Assembly (NCBI GenBank): GCA_001871595.1
Contig: MNVH01000011.1
Coordinates: forward strand, 1 to 61,659
DNA length: 61,659 nucleotides
Source: Candidatus Micrarchaeota archaeon CG1_02_55_22
GTDB lineage: Archaea > Micrarchaeota > Micrarchaeia > Norongarragalinales > UBA97
Direction of reading: 5' to 3'
Position numbers and translations under genes: made by a program. Below the pieces are notes generated by a model. That model did no database searches. It worked only from the letters and a program-made list of their open reading frames with translations, and had not been told where the DNA came from. Of the stretch, positions 60,289 through 61,659 are shown one piece after another. The stretch's first letter is position 1. Every line of letters begins with the position of its first letter.

Positions 60289-61404
60289 ATGAGGCTCGGT
60301 TTCTTTACCGACAGTTACCGTCCCAACGTCGACGGCGTGGTGCGGAGCATTGAAGACTTTCGGGGTGAGCTCGAGCGGCGCGGGGACGAGGTATTCGTTT
60401 TTGCGTCGGGTTCGCGGTCGGACAAGCGGGCAAACCGCGACGACCACGTTTATTACAGCACTTCGGTGCGCCTGCCGCCTTACCCGCAGTACAAGGTGGC
60501 CGTGTTTCCTTTCGTTCGCGCCGCGACGCGGTCACGGGCAAACGGTCTCGAGCTGGTGCATTCTCACGGGCAGGCAAGCATGGGTGTTGCGGCCATAACG
60601 ACGGCCAAGGCATTGCGCGTGCCACTGGTGGGTACTTTTCATACCTTGATTCCGCACGGCGTCAAGAACTACGTCGCCCATCCGGGGTTGGCTTCGTCTC
60701 TGGAGCGTTTTTCGTGGCGGGCGATAGAGTATTTTTACCGTCCTTTCGATGTGGTCACCGCGCCGAGCAAGTTCATGGTGCGCTTGCTGCAGGAGCACGG
60801 CGTCGAGGCGGTTGCCTTGCCTAACGGCGTCAACGTGCGCAAGTTTCGTCCCGCCGCGTCAAAGGCGTGGCTTGAGCGCAAGGTTGGCCGTGAGGGGCCT
60901 TTCGTGTTGTGTCTTGGCCGGGTGAGCCCGGAGAAGAACATCTCTTTAGTGATTGATGCTTTTCGTACCGTGCGGCGTGAGACCGGAGCCACGTTGGTTG
61001 TGGCCGGTACTGGTCCACAGCTCGCCGAACTTAAAGCCGGGGCCGACGATTCTGTTGTATTTACGGGGTTCGTGGACGACCGTGACTTGTCTAAGTATTA
61101 TTCTGCTGCCGACGCGTTCGTCACGGCGAGCACCTTCGAGACGCAGGGTCTTACCGTGTTAGAGGCGATGGCGTGCGGCACGCCCGTGGCGGCGGCACGC
61201 AGCATGGCTTTGCCTGAAGTGGTTAAGGACAAGCGTAATGGGTTCCTTTTCGCGCCCGGTAATGTGGATTCGTGTGCTCGCGCTGTGATGCGGGCCATGT
61301 TGTCCAAGCGTGTGTTGACTGACGAGTGCCGTCGCACGGCACAAAAGTATTCGGTTCCACGCGTAACCGACGAGCTTAGCGCAATCTACGGCGCGCTGTT
61401 ATGA
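60289..61404 (+). CDS. GT4-family (GT-B fold) glycosyltransferase
   Basis: N-terminal MRLGFFTDSYRPNVDGVV, plus VHSHG and the EX7E region TFETQGLTVLEAMACGTPV. Confidence 0.8.
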   Translation: MRLGFFTDSYRPNVDGVVRSIEDFRGELERRGDEVFVFASGSRSDKRANRDDHVYYSTSVRLPPYPQYKVAVFPFVRAATRSRANGLELVHSHGQASMGVAAITTAKALRVPLVGTFHTLIPHGVKNYVAHPGLASSLERFSWRAIEYFYRPFDVVTAPSKFMVRLLQEHGVEAVALPNGVNVRKFRPAASKAWLERKVGREGPFVLCLGRVSPEKNISLVIDAFRTVRRETGATLVVAGTGPQLAELKAGADDSVVFTGFVDDRDLSKYYSAADAFVTASTFETQGLTVLEAMACGTPVAAARSMALPEVVKDKRNGFLFAPGNVDSCARAVMRAMLSKRVLTDECRRTAQKYSVPRVTDELSAIYGALL

Positions 61405-61653
61405 TTTTGCCAGTACGGCCTCTATTTCTTGCTTGCTCTTGTAGCCTTCAAGCTTCAAGCCGTTGACTACTATTGTCGGGTAGCTCTTTACGCCGTATTG
61501 TTGCATGATTGCGGTTACCGCGGGCGAGCTCAAGTCGGCGTCGAAAGCGTATATGCGGAGTTGTGGGTGGTCGCGTTTCAATTCCGGTCCAACGCTGCCT
61601 TGCTGGTCGCATTCGGCGCAGTTGTTGCCGTAGAAGTATAGCAGAGTGTCCAC
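61399..61653 (-). CDS. Thioredoxin/glutaredoxin-like small protein (possibly 5'-truncated by the window edge)
   Basis: CxxC motif YFYGNNCAECDQ and the C-terminal YPTIVVNG pattern. The GTG start is at 61653, but the frame stays open to the window end. Confidence 0.55.
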   Translation of the reverse strand: MDTLLYFYGNNCAECDQQGSVGPELKRDHPQLRIYAFDADLSSPAVTAIMQQYGVKSYPTIVVNGLKLEGYKSKQEIEAVLAKS

Positions 61654-61659
61654 GCTTTG

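Overview
The window is a very gene-dense archaeal chromosomal segment with about 70 genes and almost no intergenic DNA. Many starts are preceded by GGTGA/GGAGG Shine-Dalgarno-like motifs. I saw no rRNA, tRNA, CRISPR array, transposase or integrase.

Most genes are housekeeping:
- Proteasome beta subunit, aCPSF1/FttA, aRF1, SerRS, PheRS alpha and beta, TruD, RNase Z.
- PyrD/PyrK, LysC/Asd, Orc1/Cdc6, SepF, Hjc, Dpo4, DRG GTPase, Mrp/NBP35, Bcp.

The gene set, extreme compaction and many membrane-anchored surface proteins suggest a small-genome uncultured archaeon. That is inference only; the lineage cannot be fixed from this window.

Items most worth a second look:
1. A 498-aa LAGLIDADG intein that carries an XRE-type HTH is inserted in aRF1 directly after the catalytic GGQ glutamine. 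A HemK/Mtq2-like GGQ methyltransferase lies in the same window.
2. A two-gene unit encodes a class-III-signal (type IV pilin-like) protein with a six-Cys C-terminal module and a 1190-aa alanine-rich, C-terminally anchored surface protein.
3. Two tandem GT81 (GpgS-like) glycosyltransferases sit together, one fused to a HAD phosphatase.
4. A SerB-SerA fusion lies next to a divergent Lrp regulator.
5. A candidate C/D box sRNA lies between galT and the Nudix gene.
6. An A/T-rich islet contains a 368-nt structured non-coding gap.
7. Four convergent gene pairs share a CTAG tetranucleotide as overlapping stop codons.

All functional calls rest on motif recognition by eye. No searches or computations were run.
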